A DNA stretch of 64,000 nucleotides from Eledone cirrhosa (GCA_964016885.1 OZ024740.1:379068001-379132000); one strand, 5' to 3'. Counted from the first letter of the stretch, positions 41,758 to 56,236 are shown. Program-made: numbers and translations. Notes: generated by a model not told the origin, from the letters alone.

Positions 41758-43520
41758 ATGTATGTATATACATATATATATAAATACAGGTATATGCACA
41801 CTCAAATTTGTAGCGACAACCATTTTCGAATAAAAGAAAATGCTGAAAAATCTCTGCTATAATTAGATCTTGAAATAATAGTTGCCACATAGCAGACTTA
41901 TTAAACCTCTCGAAAATTGTATTAATTGCTGACCTTAGAGGGATGTAAAGCAAAATCATTTTCGGCAGGTGTTCAATGTCAATTGTGTAACTATTAAAAA
42001 CTATGGTATTTACTGGGCGCTCCATTGACTATCATCGTTCGCCCTTCGTAAAGTGGCGACCAAATTGAAGTAAAGCGTTCAGTAAATATAAAATTATTCT
42101 TCAACTGAATGTCAAAATCTTTTCAAAACATTTCAAACTTAACGTTGACTGTAATGTCATCAAAACAATCCTATGTGGAAATTGTAAGCTTAATGGATTT
42201 TTCGTAATTCTTCTTTTTTTGTCGACCATCTTATGCCATTTTCGTTTAGTTTTGCTCTGACAAAATTATTTTTAGCAGTGACTTCGTATTTCATGTTTCT
42301 CTTGCGTGGGGAACTAATCTTCCTTTATCATAGAAAGAGAAATTCTTCCTAGATTCTTTTATTTTTATCAGTTTGTTGTTACGAACGAATTTCACTGCTT
42401 TCGCAAATGTGATATCAACCACGAGAGAAGGAGTTATTTTTACGTAAACCACCATGCCCTTATCTAACCCTGTAACATGAGAGGCGTGTCTACCCTCTTT
42501 CATTTGCTATTCTTTATTTACTCGCTGTCTATCTTCCTCCCTTCTCTCTTTTGGATCTACACTCTCTATTTTCAGATCACAAAATATGTAAATGTTTCCT
42601 GAATAGGAAAAAACAAAAGGCATAGTACGACATTGATGCTGGCAACGTTATTCCTATTTGTTTGTAATATAACTTAAATTTGATTCCATCTAACGAAAAG
42701 TAAAGTTTTCAAAGGCAATAGACTCATATCCTGTTGTTTTAATATCTGTAACTTTAGTTCTTAAAACGAATATTTAAAGAAACATATTTATATTACCCGA
42801 GAACATTTTTTCGTAGAACAGATTTTTCGTAGAACAAAAGCTGTGTGAACCAATTTTGTTGTAAATAAAGTAAATCGGTTTGCAGCTTTAAACCTAAGTT
42901 CTGTCGTGAAATACTTCATAAATATTCGAGTTATATAATTAGAAAAAGAAATTAAAAAAAAGAAGCTTCTGTTATCTCTTAACACAGTTAGTGTTTCAGA
43001 ATTTGGCACATTGGCTGTCGTATAAACATTCAAAGTGTACGTGTATTGATTTCACAAGCAAATGCTATATACAGTAGTTACATCGATAAGTATCATAATC
43101 CAAACATTGCAGGCATTTCAAGTAGCATAAGCTCAGCTTATTAGTACTTTCCTTCAAATCACAAATACAATTTAGGAATGTGAAAAGTAGCTGCCTAAGA
43201 ATAAATTTTATTACTTGCTTAAGACATAAATTATCTAAGCGTTCCCAATCATTTTTTTTTTCTGGTGTAGACAAGAATCTTACCTTTTCCGGAGCTGGAG
43301 AAACTTTTAGACTGATTCACATCATAGAAGCTGAAATATGTTGCGATATTTGCGTGTTTGAGTAAAAGCGGTTGTAGTTGCATTTCCTTCTCAGATTATC
43401 TAAAACAAATCTTTCTATAGGTCTGCCAGTTTTATTAATGGATTGCACACAAACACATAAAAATACACTTAATTTAAATCGGAAAATCACTGCATAACGA
43501 AGCAAAGTTATGTATGTATG

Positions 43521-43591
<71 letters not shown>

Positions 43592-43934
43592 AACGAAAAG
43601 CGGTAAATCGTCCAAAAGTTTGCTTCAGGCCTCATCTCGTTGTGTTTGTGTGATAAAATCAAAATATCAGTAGTCAACGAGTCTTAGTGTATTTTAACAC
43701 GATGTCCATCGAGGGACATCTGATCATGGGTTGATTATTTAGATGGCACCCGATAATTCAAGTTTACATTTTACAATTATGACTAGTTATTTGTTACTTT
43801 TCTCTCCACCTTTGTTTTAAAATATGCTTTCGTTTTGAAAAATCTCCACTAATCTGACGAGCACATCTTTGGTTAACACCTCCTAGCTAAAACAACAACA
43901 GCAACAATATTTCCATTTTTAGGCAGATGGTCAC

Positions 43935-44176
43935 ATATACATACATACACACATCCATCCATCCATCCATCCATCCATCCATCCATCCATCCATACATAC
44001 ATACACACATACACACATCCATCCATTCATCCACCCATCCATACATCCATACATACATACACACACACATACATACACACATACATACACACACATCCAT
44101 CCATCCATACACACACACACACACACATACATACATACATACATACATACATACATACATACATACATACATACAT
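43935..44176. repeat. Compound (CATC)n/(CA)n/(CATA)n microsatellite
   Basis: Read directly. Confidence 0.95.
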
Positions 44177-44392
44177 AATGGCAGCATCTCGGTTTCGAGG
44201 ATTGCCATTACTTGACCTTTTTCTCACATATGGGTGGCAAGGGTTTAGATTTCTCTTGAAAAAAGAAAAAGCCATGCACATGCAACACGTGTGAAAGTTC
44301 TATAGATCAAGGACTGCCTGTGCTTGGATCTTATTTAAGTGAAGACAGACCTTACACAGAACCAATAACAATAAAAACTATGTTACAGTGAT

Positions 44393-44793
44393 GTGGAGGA
44401 CATATGCATACGTAATATGAAAGAGTATTGGTGGAATATTCCAGGTAACCCCCCCCCCCCCCACCATAAATTGAAACATAACAGACCAGACATAGTGACA
44501 TGGGACAGAGGAAAGAAGACATGCACAGTAGTGAAGATCAGCTGTCCAGCAGATATTAGTATAGTGCTAAAGATCAGCGAAAAGGAGAAAATTTATGCTG
44601 AACTAATGAAGTATCTGCAGATACTCTAAGTTTAGATGTGTACTTGTGGTTATTGGGGCTCTTCGGTATGTTACAAATGTTGAGAAGCTAGGCTTTGAAG
44701 AACCAGAAAGAGTACGGCTAGTTAGGAGGTTGCAAGTACAGTCCATTACTGGAACTGTAAAAATATGTAAAACATTTAAGAAATTCGGCATGT
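44393..44793 (+). mobile_element. Non-LTR retrotransposon 3' fragment, restriction-like endonuclease domain (R4/NeSL-like)
   Basis: WWNIP..KHNRPDIVTWDRGKKTCTVVKISCPAD..EKEKIYAEL then, frameshifted, VVIGAL..RRLQVQSITGTVKICKTF: the PD-(D/E)xK RLE pattern. Confidence 0.8.
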
Positions 44794-44989
44794 AATACCT
44801 GCAGATACAGAAACATGCACGTGAACACATATAGCTCAAAACATGCAGATTCCTGCAAGCAATAACATCCATATCTGCACACACACAAACACATACATAG
44901 GTATTTTCCTCGTTAATGTCTAAATTCCAATGAAAGTGTATTGTCTCTATGTGAAACCGGATTCTAATCTATAAGTGAAAATCTATAAA

Positions 44990-45205
44990 ATAATGGTTTC
45001 TGATTTAGGCTGAAGACCAACCATTTTAGGTGGGAGGGGCAAGTCGATTACATCGACTCTAGTACATTAGTGGTGCTTTCTTTTATCAAGCCCGTAAGGA
45101 TGAAAGACAAAGCTAACCTCAGCGGGATTTGATATCAGAACATAAAGGGCCGTTACTGTATGCCACAAAGCATATTGTCCGTCACTCTACTGATACTGCC
45201 ACCCT
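44990..45205 (-). mobile_element. Family S SINE, long variant, diverged
   Basis: Body and head motifs. Confidence 0.8.
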
Positions 45206-46899
45206 TTACCACCCTTTATAATTTAAAAAAAACATAAAATATCAAATAATAAAAGCAGAAGAACATACAAGACTATCTCACAAAAGTGGTGTATGAGAGG
45301 CGCGAATGTAGAAAAATCGTCAAATAATATATGAAGATTTATTAAAAATTTATTCAAATAAATACATAGAATATGTTTTCTTCAACGGAAGTAATCTAAT
45401 AAGTATGTATGCCTTCTCCACTAGAAAGAGGATATATGCTGTAATTCATACATAACTTTAGATATCAGACCGTATCATCTTAACAGTTATTGCAAAAAAT
45501 ATAGTAATCACAGAAAATCAGAATTCTATAGTGAATTTTCAGAAGAATACGAGGTATTATTATCAATTATTTTATTGGCTTCAGTCAATAGTAATAATTG
45601 TAATGGGGATTGTGACTTTTGCATTCCTTTCGATATTTCCATTTATTGTCCAAAAAAGCGTAAAAAGCTATACATTCATACGCAGACTAGTAATTGCAGT
45701 GTATGTATCATATTACAAACTTTATAGAGGATATAGAAAGAACGTCTCTAGGGCATTATAAACTCACGGAAAATCTTAAAAAATCTATATATCACCTCAT
45801 TCATTCTGCACATTGTATAAAATTAGTAATATGTTTGTTCGTGACTTGGCATAAATCTTTATACGTTTAAGAGAAGGAGTAATTAACATGTACTGTATGA
45901 TATCCGTGCCATCCCGAGGCATAAATAGCGTTTAGTTATGTAATATTAAATTAAATTGTGATCGCAGATTCGAGGCATCTAAAAGTTGGTCAGCTTCTCA
46001 TTGTATGGTGTTTGTTACTTTGGTTATAACATGATGAAGAAAGAATCGAAAGACCGAAAGAAATCAGATTGGCGGAAATATGTACGAGTTAAATACTGCC
46101 GATGTAATCGAAAATATACCTTTAAAAGAACAACTGTATGTATATATATAAAGGGGCGATGGGACTGGGATGAGAAGGTGGTATCGCCTCACTCCTCACA
46201 ATAATTATATTTTTATCCCCGACCTACCAAAACACACATCTATTTGTATATGCGCTACAATTTATGTACATGTTATGCAGAGATATATGGGAGAGATAGA
46301 TATAGATATAGAGAGGGAGAGAGGTTCATAGTAATTGATATATAGAGGTGGATTGGGAAGGAAAGAGAGCGTCGTGTAGTAGATATAGAGAGGTGTAGAT
46401 TTCAATGCTTGTAGATATAATAAGGGGTTGCGAGAGATAAATATTGCTAAATATAGAGAGGAGGGGTTGGGAGACAGTATCGTAAAATATTTAGAGGGGG
46501 GAGTTTGTGTTGGATAGAGAGAGAACGATTACGAGAGAGTGTGGGAGAGATGGTCAGGGGGAGAGTTTGGAGATGTTTTACATAAAGAGGGGGATTCGGA
46601 GAGTGTTTTGTATGTTAGATAACGAGAGGGGGAGAATTTGGTGGTTGTAGATACAGAGAAAGGATAATGGGGAAAGTGCCGTGTAGTAGACATAAAGAGG
46701 GTCCCAAATAATCGGAGGGGTAGGAATAAGGGGAGGGGGCTTGGGAAATCGGTAAGTGTATATTTTAGGTTCGTAAAAATGGATTTCTTGAATGTTCTTT
46801 TTTTGTCGTAAATAATGTTTTAATGTAAAATAAAATAATTATCCCTCAGTGTACGTGATTTATTGACGGACGTAAGAATGAAAACTCAATACTGAAGTA

Positions 46900-47012
<113 letters not shown>

Positions 47013-47024
47013 GTGCTGATCTGA

Positions 47025-48735
47025 AGTCTGATTCCAGCTTAACCCCAAATTCCTCCTATGTCTGAACTTTGGACGCCTCTCTGCTGCCATATTTCCTGCC
47101 TGTTTGTACCGCAAGTGCAAGGAGGACATTTTTCAAGCCCAATTTTGTAGACCTTCTTCTTTGATTGGATGGTATATTTGACCTCTTGATTGATCCAAGG
47201 GGTCCTTCTACCATCCGACGCTATACCAATCCTCTTTCGCTTGCAGCATTTACAAGGTGAAGCTGAACAATCTCCTCTCCGTTTCAACGTCCTCAGCAGG
47301 GAGTTCTCCGAGTTTTGATGCAATACTGTCTGCATACCTGGTTCTGATTTCCTTATGCACCAAAACTCCCACTTTCTCCTGTAAGTCGACATGTACCAAA
47401 CAGTTTTGTGAGCTTCTTTGGCTTTAGGTAGTTCAAAGTTGCAGATAACTAGATGGTGATCAATTGACAGCTCAGCTCCTCTATTAACACGAACATCCAG
47501 CCCAGAATCAATTACAAAATCAAATATTGATCTCTGTCTCTGATTCCCCTAATACCATCTATATTTATGGATGTCTCTGAGCAGGAAGGTGTTCATAATA
47601 CAGAGTCCATTGGTAGAACCGAAATCTAATAAGGTTTCCCGATTCGTATTTAGATTTAGATCGCAATCGTCGTTCGTTCCCTGTCAGGTGGTCAGCTCCA
47701 ACATGTGCATTGAAGTCTCCCTTAAGAAGTGTTTCTCCACACCTGCTATCAAGAACGTGTATAGGGTTCTCGTATCATCTCGTCAGAGAAGTGCATCCTT
47801 GCGAGGTGGAGAAAATACTTTGCTGATCTCATAAAGTCGATAACAACAGTATTTCTGATGTACATGAGGTGCATCTTGGACTGAGGTCACAAGACCAATT
47901 AAAGAGCTCAAATGTGGCAGAGCTGCTGGAGAGGATAAAATCCGGTCCGAGATGTTAAAAGCCTTAAATAGAGAAGGTATCTTCTGCAAGTATCGTGTGT
48001 GCTAGGTGGCTTGAATCTCTAGAAAGGCACTTAGGCAACGCAATCGGCGGGGGGACAGGGGTGAAAATCCCAATTTTCTAAAGCTTCCTCGGTAAAGTCT
48101 ATGCTATGTGTCTGGCAAAGAGACTTAGAGAGATTGTCGAGTTCAAATTAGTTGATAAACAGTGTGGTTTTCACCCCGGCCGCAGCCCAGCCGACCAAAT
48201 ACATTGCGGCAGTTCTATAAAAAATCGAGGGTGTCCTGCCAATGGTTGTATTCTTGCCTCCAAAAGCATATGACCGCGTTCCACAGGTCCTGTTGTGGAA
48301 GGTTCTGAAGGAGTATGGGATCAATAGTCATCTTCTTGCCCTGATCTCACTATACGAATGCCGGATTATTTGTGTTCGAATAAATAGTGCTAAATCGAAA
48401 CCATTCAAAGTGGAAATCAGAATCCGCGAATGGTGTGTACTGTCACCTCTCCTGTTCATTATTTTCATGAATCGGTATCACGACTGGTAGGTGTAGGGTC
48501 CGTGGCTGAAATTTGCAGACGACGTGGTATTACTTAACTCATCAGAAGGGGATTTCCGACATGCACTTAATAGATTTGATGCCAAGTGCTGCATTGCTGG
48601 AATGGAAATCAGTTCTGCGAAGTCTGAGGCACACGTCCTCTCAAGGAAGCCTGCACGGTGCACTCTACGTGTAAATGGAGTTCCACTGAAACCGGTAGAA
48701 ATGTTCAAGTATCTTGGGGCCGTCTTCATAAAAAG
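47025..48735. mobile_element. 5'-inverted RTE-clade LINE relic: endonuclease/linker on minus (about 47025-47865), RT on plus (about 47866-48735)
   Basis: Minus: GDFNAHVG, LDVRVNRGAELSIDHHLV, TPWINQEVK. Plus: GRAAGEDKIRSEMLKAL, QCGF, AYDRVP, CVLSPLLFIIFM, FADDVVLL, FKYLG. Multiple frameshifts; ends at (TA)n. Confidence 0.9.
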
Positions 48736-49052
48736 GAGATATATATGTATATATATATATATGTATGTGTGTATGTGTGTATAATATATATATATATATA
48801 TATGCGTTAGTGTTTGCGTATATATACAGATATGCATGCACATACATATATATATGTATATATATTATATATCAACTACTAGAGTTACTTATAGGTTTGG
48901 CATTATACGAAAGCAAAACGTATTTGCTCTTTTTAGTGATATATATAACATATTTGATTATATATTTCCTAATGAGGTCAACATGAAATAGTGATTTATC
49001 AATGTATCATATATGATCATATATGATCAATTTCTACAACAGTACGACAAAC

Positions 49053-49077
49053 AAATATGTCAAATACTCATAATTAC

Positions 49078-49117
<40 letters not shown>

Positions 49118-49142
49118 GTAATTATGAGTATTTGACATATTT
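49053..49142. repeat. Palindrome centred on (TA)n
   Basis: AAATATGTCAAATACTCATAATTACG-(TA)n-CGTAATTATGAGTATTTGACATATTT. Confidence 0.92.
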
Positions 49143-49185
49143 ATATTTGTATATATTTATATTTATATAAATTTATATTTATATT

Positions 49186-49257
<72 letters not shown>

Positions 49258-49358
49258 TATATACATATATATATATATATGTGTGTGTGTATATACATAT
49301 ATATAGTTGAAAATGAACGAAAACAACACAGGAGGCAATTGTACACAGTTATATTAGG

Positions 49359-49440
<82 letters not shown>

Positions 49441-49869
49441 CAAGATTGCGAATGCAGATACCACAACAGAGTTTCTTATCCACCTGAGCAGAAGACTATA
49501 AACACTTCAATGGCATTCAATTAGCGAGGTGGGCCACGACTCATCAATCAACATATCACTTGTTTAAGTTTCTCACTGAACACTAGGTATCCTGGAATGT
49601 GCTTTTACTTTTATTTATTGAAATGAATATTAGACCATTAGTCGCTTCCACCATTTCACAGATTTTCAACGTAATTTGCTACCTTGTATAAATCTATCCG
49701 TCTATTATATTTTTTACAGATGCCTACATACTAAGTAGGAAGGCATCAGTCTTATTCTGTTTGCCTATGAACTAATTTATTACTATTTATGTCTTTATTA
49801 CCAATCACTACCCAACCGACCTAACTTATAAATTTATTTACTAATTCCCTATACATAACATAGTCTGAT

Positions 49870-50077
49870 ATTGGTTTCTGAGTTAGGCACAAGGCCAATA
49901 ATTGTGGGGGAGGGGAAAGTCAATTAAATCGACCCAAGTTCATTACTGGTACTTTATTTTATCCACCCAGTAAGAATGAAAGGCAAAGCTAACCTCGGCA
50001 GGAATTGAACTCAGATCGTAAAGGAGCGTAACTCTATGTCATAAAGCTTGTTGTTCGACGCTCTACCGATACTGCCT
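49870..50077 (-). mobile_element. Family S SINE (long variant) with 18-bp TSD
   Basis: TAACATAGTCTG(A/G)TATTG at 49856-49873 and 50078-50095. Confidence 0.88.
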
Positions 50078-50492
50078 TAACATAGTCTGGTATTGAAAAA
50101 AGAACCTTATTTATTATATTCTACTCCCCCAGTCATACATGCACTAATTCCCGCACATTAAGTGCTACCTGTCAACAGGTGTACCTCACTTTGTTCTTAC
50201 ACATTTATCTACGCAATTATCAAAAATCCTATCACATTATCGTTGTTGCTACTACTGGACTGTACATTATGTACTTTTACTGTCAATAATCAAACATGTA
50301 GTATTAGTTTACCGTTTTAATTTGCTATCGTAGATTTTTGTCGTGCAGTTTGTTTCCAAAGTAATTATTGGCATGTGCCTATCCCTGCAAGTGGAGGAAT
50401 TAATTTACTTGAAAAACCTGATTAGAAATGAATTTGAAAATATTCAAATTTGCAAATGACATCGTTTGAGCAAAAAGCATAGTGACATAATG

Positions 50493-50878
50493 TAATTGTT
50501 TCTACTTTTGGCACAAGGCCAGCAATTATATCAGTGTATTACTGGTACTTTATTTTATCAACCCCGTAAGGAGGAGAGGCAAAGTTAACCTCGTCAGGAT
50601 TTGAACTCAGACCATAAAGGGCCGTAACTCTTTGCTGCAAAGCATGGCGTCCGACCCTCTACCGATACTGCCAACCCACCACCCTAGTGACATAATGTAA
50701 TTGTTTCTACTTTTAGACACAAGGCCAGCAATTACCCGGTGCATTACTGGTACTTTATTTTATCGACCCCGTAAGGATGAAAGGCAAAGTAAACCTCGGC
50801 GGGATTTGAACTCAGATCGTAAAGGGACGTAACTATGCTGGAAAGCATGGCGTACGACCCTCTACCGATACTGCCAAT
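50493..50878 (-). mobile_element. Two tandem family S SINEs with nested TSDs
   Basis: TAGTGACATAATGTAA at 50480-95 and 50685-700; CATAATGTAAT again at 50879-89. Confidence 0.9.
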
Positions 50879-51099
50879 CATAATGTAATGATAGATGATA
50901 ACTACCGGCGCGAGTACCAGCCAATGAAAAAAAAATAAAACACGTTTGCTCACATTAAACAAAGTAATATCGTATACCAAAGCGACGTAGTACTTCATGT
51001 TCTCATCTAAAATCCTTTCCAGGCTGATTTTCCATGTCACCCCAACAAAGTGTATCGTCTGACAATGTTGTATTAGAACATATTTATCTGTATTTGGTA

Positions 51100-52080
51100 A
51101 CATCTGTTACTGTTTCCCCATCCTCAAAGCTGTCTTTAACCCCAGCCTCTGTTTTTATAGACGTTCGCCTCCTTGAAAGCGGATAACTTTTTGTTTTTAT
51201 ACCTCGTTATTCTTATTAAATATTTTAAAGACATTTAATGACTATCTTATAATAGTTTTCTAATTGCAGAAATTCTGTTATCTACGTGTGTTCATGATCT
51301 TTCTCAGGTGAATCTCTCTAAGTGCAATAATTAATTCCTTTGCTTTTATGCCTAGTATTTCTTATTCCCTTGACTTACAATTGAAAGATTGTAGCTGTAA
51401 CGTGTTTATCGTCAGCATATTTCAGTTTTAAAACCAATCTAGTGTGTCTTTATTTCATCTTAGATCTTTTTATTTTTTAATCAGGATTTGGTCTAATTCT
51501 TTCATATCTGTTCTCGATCTACTTTCCTCTCTTGGAGGGGGCAATGACACATTTTTGAGTATCATGTCAATTTGTTTATTGGATTCGCCCACTATGTGTT
51601 ATCTGTAGCTTACAGCTTCAGATCATACGCATACAGCAGATGTTTAACTTTTACACCATAACACTTTTATTCGACTCTGGTCTGTTTTAGCTTGTTGATT
51701 AAAGCCGTTAACGCCAATAGGCGTGGAATAAAGAGAGAAATGTTTCTTGGAATATATATATATATACTCTCCTGTCAGAGATTGGATTTTGCTTTGCAGT
51801 TTTAGTTTTTAGGTATTTGCAGCTGTCTTCTATTTACTCATGACATGTTTGATATAGCTACAATATTTTGGTTTTAGCTTACTGGTTAATATTTACAGTA
51901 TCCACAGGCTGGTAATACAAAAATAGCTATTTAGTTTCAATCTCTGTGATGCTTAAATCATTCTATCTTCTGTAGTCTTCGGTTGTAGTTTCGTTGAATA
52001 GCTGATAATCTTTGCAACAAATAAAAGCCTTTGGGTAATTCCTTTAATTCTTTGTTCTTTTTGTGTGTGCATCCGTCCTT
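51100..52080 (-). pseudogene. Highly decayed R4/NeSL-like reverse transcriptase relic
   Basis: Hand translation gives VKHLLYAYDLKL*A (resembling HLLYMDDLKLYA) at about 51610-51655, with weaker upstream RT-like blocks. Boundaries approximate. Confidence 0.5.
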
Positions 52081-52259
52081 GTGAAACGCTACACGTTGTT
52101 ATATTGATATATAATCATTAAGAAACATACATATACACACATTGTTGCATTATACATAATATATATATATATGTATATATATATATGTATATGTATGTAT
52201 ATATATATATATATATATATATACAGACACGTGTACACACACACACATATATACACGTG

Positions 52260-52339
<80 letters not shown>

Positions 52340-52343
<4 letters not shown>

Positions 52344-52462
52344 TGTTTCTACTTTAGGCACAAGGCCAGCAATTACCCAGTGCATCACTGGGACTTTATT
52401 TTATCGACCCCGTAAGGATGAAAGGCAAAGTCAACCTCGGGGGGATTTGAACTCAGATCGTA
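52340..52462 (-). mobile_element. 5'-truncated family S SINE inside (TA)n
   Basis: Body and tail motifs. Confidence 0.88.
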
Positions 52463-52480
52463 TAGATTATATATATATTA

Positions 52481-52545
<65 letters not shown>

Positions 52546-52599
52546 GTGAGTGTATGTGTGTGTACTGCGTTAAACAAAATATAAAATATATTCCCGAGA

Positions 52600-54610
52600 C
52601 ATCAATTATTACTACGATTGTTTCTCTTTCGATCATTTTGGCTAATTCTATTTCCATTTCTCTTTGAGAAATATTTTTATCTATTGGGACTAATAGTCAA
52701 TTAGAAGCCGTTTATTTGCAGATGACCTTTGACAATAATCTCTGAACAATTTGTCGTAATCTCCCTGTCTGGTATGTTCAATTTATTTATGAGATACATT
52801 GTCTGTAGCGACTGATATCAACTAGGATATAGTCAGAGTCCTTGATACCAATATCTGGTCGATTTACTTTGATTCCCTGTCTGTGTGCATTGGCATACTC
52901 CGTCCCATTCTCATACTCAGTCACTATGTCTAGTCAATGTTTATATCATCTGTTTTCTATCAGTGATTCATAATGCTCTCATAGTTCCAGTCTATGGAAG
53001 CCTCAGCTATATCATAGTCATTACTATGAAATTTGACAGTGAAAAGTAATGTATATATATGTGCATCTTCCCAACCTGTATGTACTCTGCAGTAACAGAT
53101 TGTATTCTCCTTCATTGTTTGATTTTGTCGCCTATGGCGAGAAAGTTTTCAGTTCTGTGCTCTGCTGCCAATGCTGCTGTTTAACTTACTTAGGCCATTC
53201 TCAAAGATATTCGCTATATGGTATCCTCAGTTTTTTGTAATTTCACAATTTCTACTGTAACTTTTTCCTAACACAGGAAAAAGTTGTTTGTGAGGTTTCA
53301 TCTAGCAATTTGTATTAACTTCCAAATATTTTTAATGACTATTTTTAAATCTTACAGTAGATGTTTTCGTTTGTTTTGTAGACACAGCATAGTTTATTGA
53401 TTAGTGGTGCGGGGTTCTATCGCACTAAGTGGGATTGTGGGCAAGTGTGATTTACCATAGCCACCGCGTCTTGCAAACAAAATTAGATAGACCGAAATTA
53501 TTTAGAAGCCCAAGGATGTACTGCACTTGTAATCCAAAAGATCCACCTTCTCACACACTTTATCACTCTACATATTTCAAAGTTATGAGTACACACTTGT
53601 GCGTTAACTTTCCGAGTAGGCTATTGATAAAATTGGAACATTCATTGTAACTGACGTAAATCCATACAATTTTCACTTTCTATAATAGTCTTATTTTTCT
53701 GAATCTCTATATGCAGGATAAATATAACATTTCTAAGTCAGCTTGTGACTAGTGTATTCTAAATGATTATTCTTTAATTAAGTTGGCGTTCAGTTGAGAA
53801 TAGTTTAACCAGAATTTCATACCAATTGCCCTAATAGATATGTATACTTTCTGCTGCAGTGTTTCTATTTCCTGCTTATCAAATGTTACATAAAAGCTAT
53901 AGATTACAGAGTTAGACCAGATCATGACCGATTGTAACCTTGGGCTGATCGATTGTGAAACGCACGTCACGAGTGAATAAAATAAAGATACTTAAGGCTG
54001 GAATGAAGTGTCAATTAAGCATGTTACGAGTGATTTGCAATTTATACATCATCATTTTTCAGTATTCTTTTTTATAGTGTGTTTTCAATAAACTACGAAG
54101 CTCGTCTCTGGATGCCTTGCTTATGTTAAATGTTTTGTTTTGGTTTTCTATTTCCTTTGATATTGAAAGTACGCTAGGAAATATGTTAGAGGTACTTAGT
54201 GTTATTTTCAGTATGGTAGTTATATTTGTAAGGTTGGGTTATTTATTTTTATGCACCTTTTATCATTCCCATAGTACCAAATATTACAGACATAGGGATA
54301 GTTTAGTCATGTTTCAAATATTTATCTGAAATATCTGCTATATCATATCCTAATTAAAAACAAACGGTGTGTTGTACTGTGTCTGGTTCATGGATTCCTA
54401 CCTAATTGTATGTCTGTTAGGTTTACATCTCTTATAACATATCAATGTTCTCATTAATGTCTCTTTTCAAGGTTTTGTTGGGACATTTTTTCAGATCAAA
54501 TCTCATATTAATTCCTGTAGCAAATCCATGCAGTTTCTGTTACAATGTTTCTATTTATCTTTCATATGCAGCATACAATTTGTAGTCATCCATATAAAGA
54601 AATATGGTTG
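52600..54610 (-). pseudogene. Decayed R4/NeSL-like LINE relics (RT and RLE blocks, at least two copies)
   Basis: LYMDDYKLYA..IETL*QKL..INMRFDLKKC at about 54485-54600; EIETLQQKV..IGMKF at about 53810-53875; HTDR..KVNRPDIGIKD at about 52838-52890. Confidence 0.6.
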
Positions 54611-54855
54611 CCTGTCCAATAACGCCGCCAGTACACGAACCAAGTCTTATATTACACGTTAGTTATCTGTGTGAGCGCCAAGAAAAAATGTAATAGAGAG
54701 AGAAAGAGAGAGAGAGATATATATATTGAGAGAGAGAGAGAGAGAGAGTAAGAGATAGTGAGAGAGAGAGAGTGATGATTTACACACAGATATACATATA
54801 ATAATAGTAATAAACGAAAGATAAATACTTTATATCATCTCTATTTTATTATATA

Positions 54856-55796
54856 CTAGCAGTAAAGCCCGGCGTTGCTCGGGGTCGCTCAGTAGCTGTG
54901 TTAAAGTTACAATGTTAAGTTTCTTTCTTGACTTAAAAACTGTAGTGTCTACTGTGCAGACTTGCATGTGGTGTTTTTGATTAATATTCCCTCAACCAAC
55001 AATATGCCTTATGAAGTTAAGAAAACATAACGATAACCCGAATGTTATAACCAAAGAGGATGCTGGGGATAGAAACTGCACTGGTTATTTATTAACAAAG
55101 ATCGAAAATGTAAACACTGCAACGCAGAGAAAAACATTAGCGTAACCAAATTATCAGTTATGTCTGTCTGCACGCCTATATCACCTCTCTGCACGACTAT
55201 CTGTCTGCACGCCTATATCACCTCTCTGCACGACTGTCTGTCTGCACGCCTATATCACCTCTCTGCACGACTGTCTGTCTGCACGCCTATATCACCTCTC
55301 TGCACGACTATCTGTCTGCACGCGTATATCACCTCTCTGCACGACTGTCTGTCTGCACGCCTAACGACGAAATATTTGCTTGTTTTACGTAGTCTTTAAA
55401 TAGACTTGTTTTCAAGTAAAAATATTGTTTTAAAATGCTTTTAAATGGAAATGAAGCAAAACGGAAGCTTAGTGTTCGAACTGATGAATTTTGCAGGTCA
55501 ATATTTTGCTGGCTCGACAACTGTTCGTGAGAAAGCCAGCGTAATTTTTTACGTAAGACGCTCAATGTAAACAGAACAAAGGGAAATAACTGATAACTTA
55601 CGCTCAAAAATCGATACATTATATTCGATTTCGTCACATAGGGTGGGTCAATTTGAAATTTTTTTTTTCCGATGTCTTCGCTAGGGCTCAATGTACAAGT
55701 ATAGCAATTTCGGTGCAATTCCGTGAGAGATTCTAAGAGGAGATGTGTGCCAAAAATCGATAGACAGACAGACAACCACAGTTTTATATATATAGA
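54856..55796 (-). mobile_element. Non-autonomous Helitron
   Basis: Minus strand starts TCTATATATATAAAA and ends with hairpin CCCGAGCAACGCCGGG then CTAG; inserted between A and T, no TSD; internal (GACA)n near the 5' end. Confidence 0.88.
55160..55362. repeat. 37-bp tandem repeat, about 5.5 copies, inside the Helitron
   Basis: Unit CTGTCTGCACGCCTATATCACCTCTCTGCACGACT(A/G)T. Confidence 0.92.
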
Positions 55797-55963
55797 TATT
55801 GCGAAGATGTAAAGTTTTATGTATAACATAAAGCTAAACGTATCCTCTTCAGACAAAATACATAGGAGATATAATTGTTTCATGATATGCTGGTAGACAA
55901 ACGAGCTGGAAACCAAGCATATGACGAGAAAAAACTCAACACAGAGGGGGTTACGTGACTGGG

Positions 55964-56213
<250 letters not shown>

Positions 56214-56236
56214 TATATATATATATATATATATAT

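Noticed and set aside
41645-42503. Minus-strand ORFs as a gene or transposase
   Set aside because: No motif I recognise; one frame runs into (TA)n. A database search would be needed.
55160-55362. 37-bp repeats as a CRISPR array
   Set aside because: Contiguous tandem units with no unique spacers, inside a Helitron, with no cas genes.
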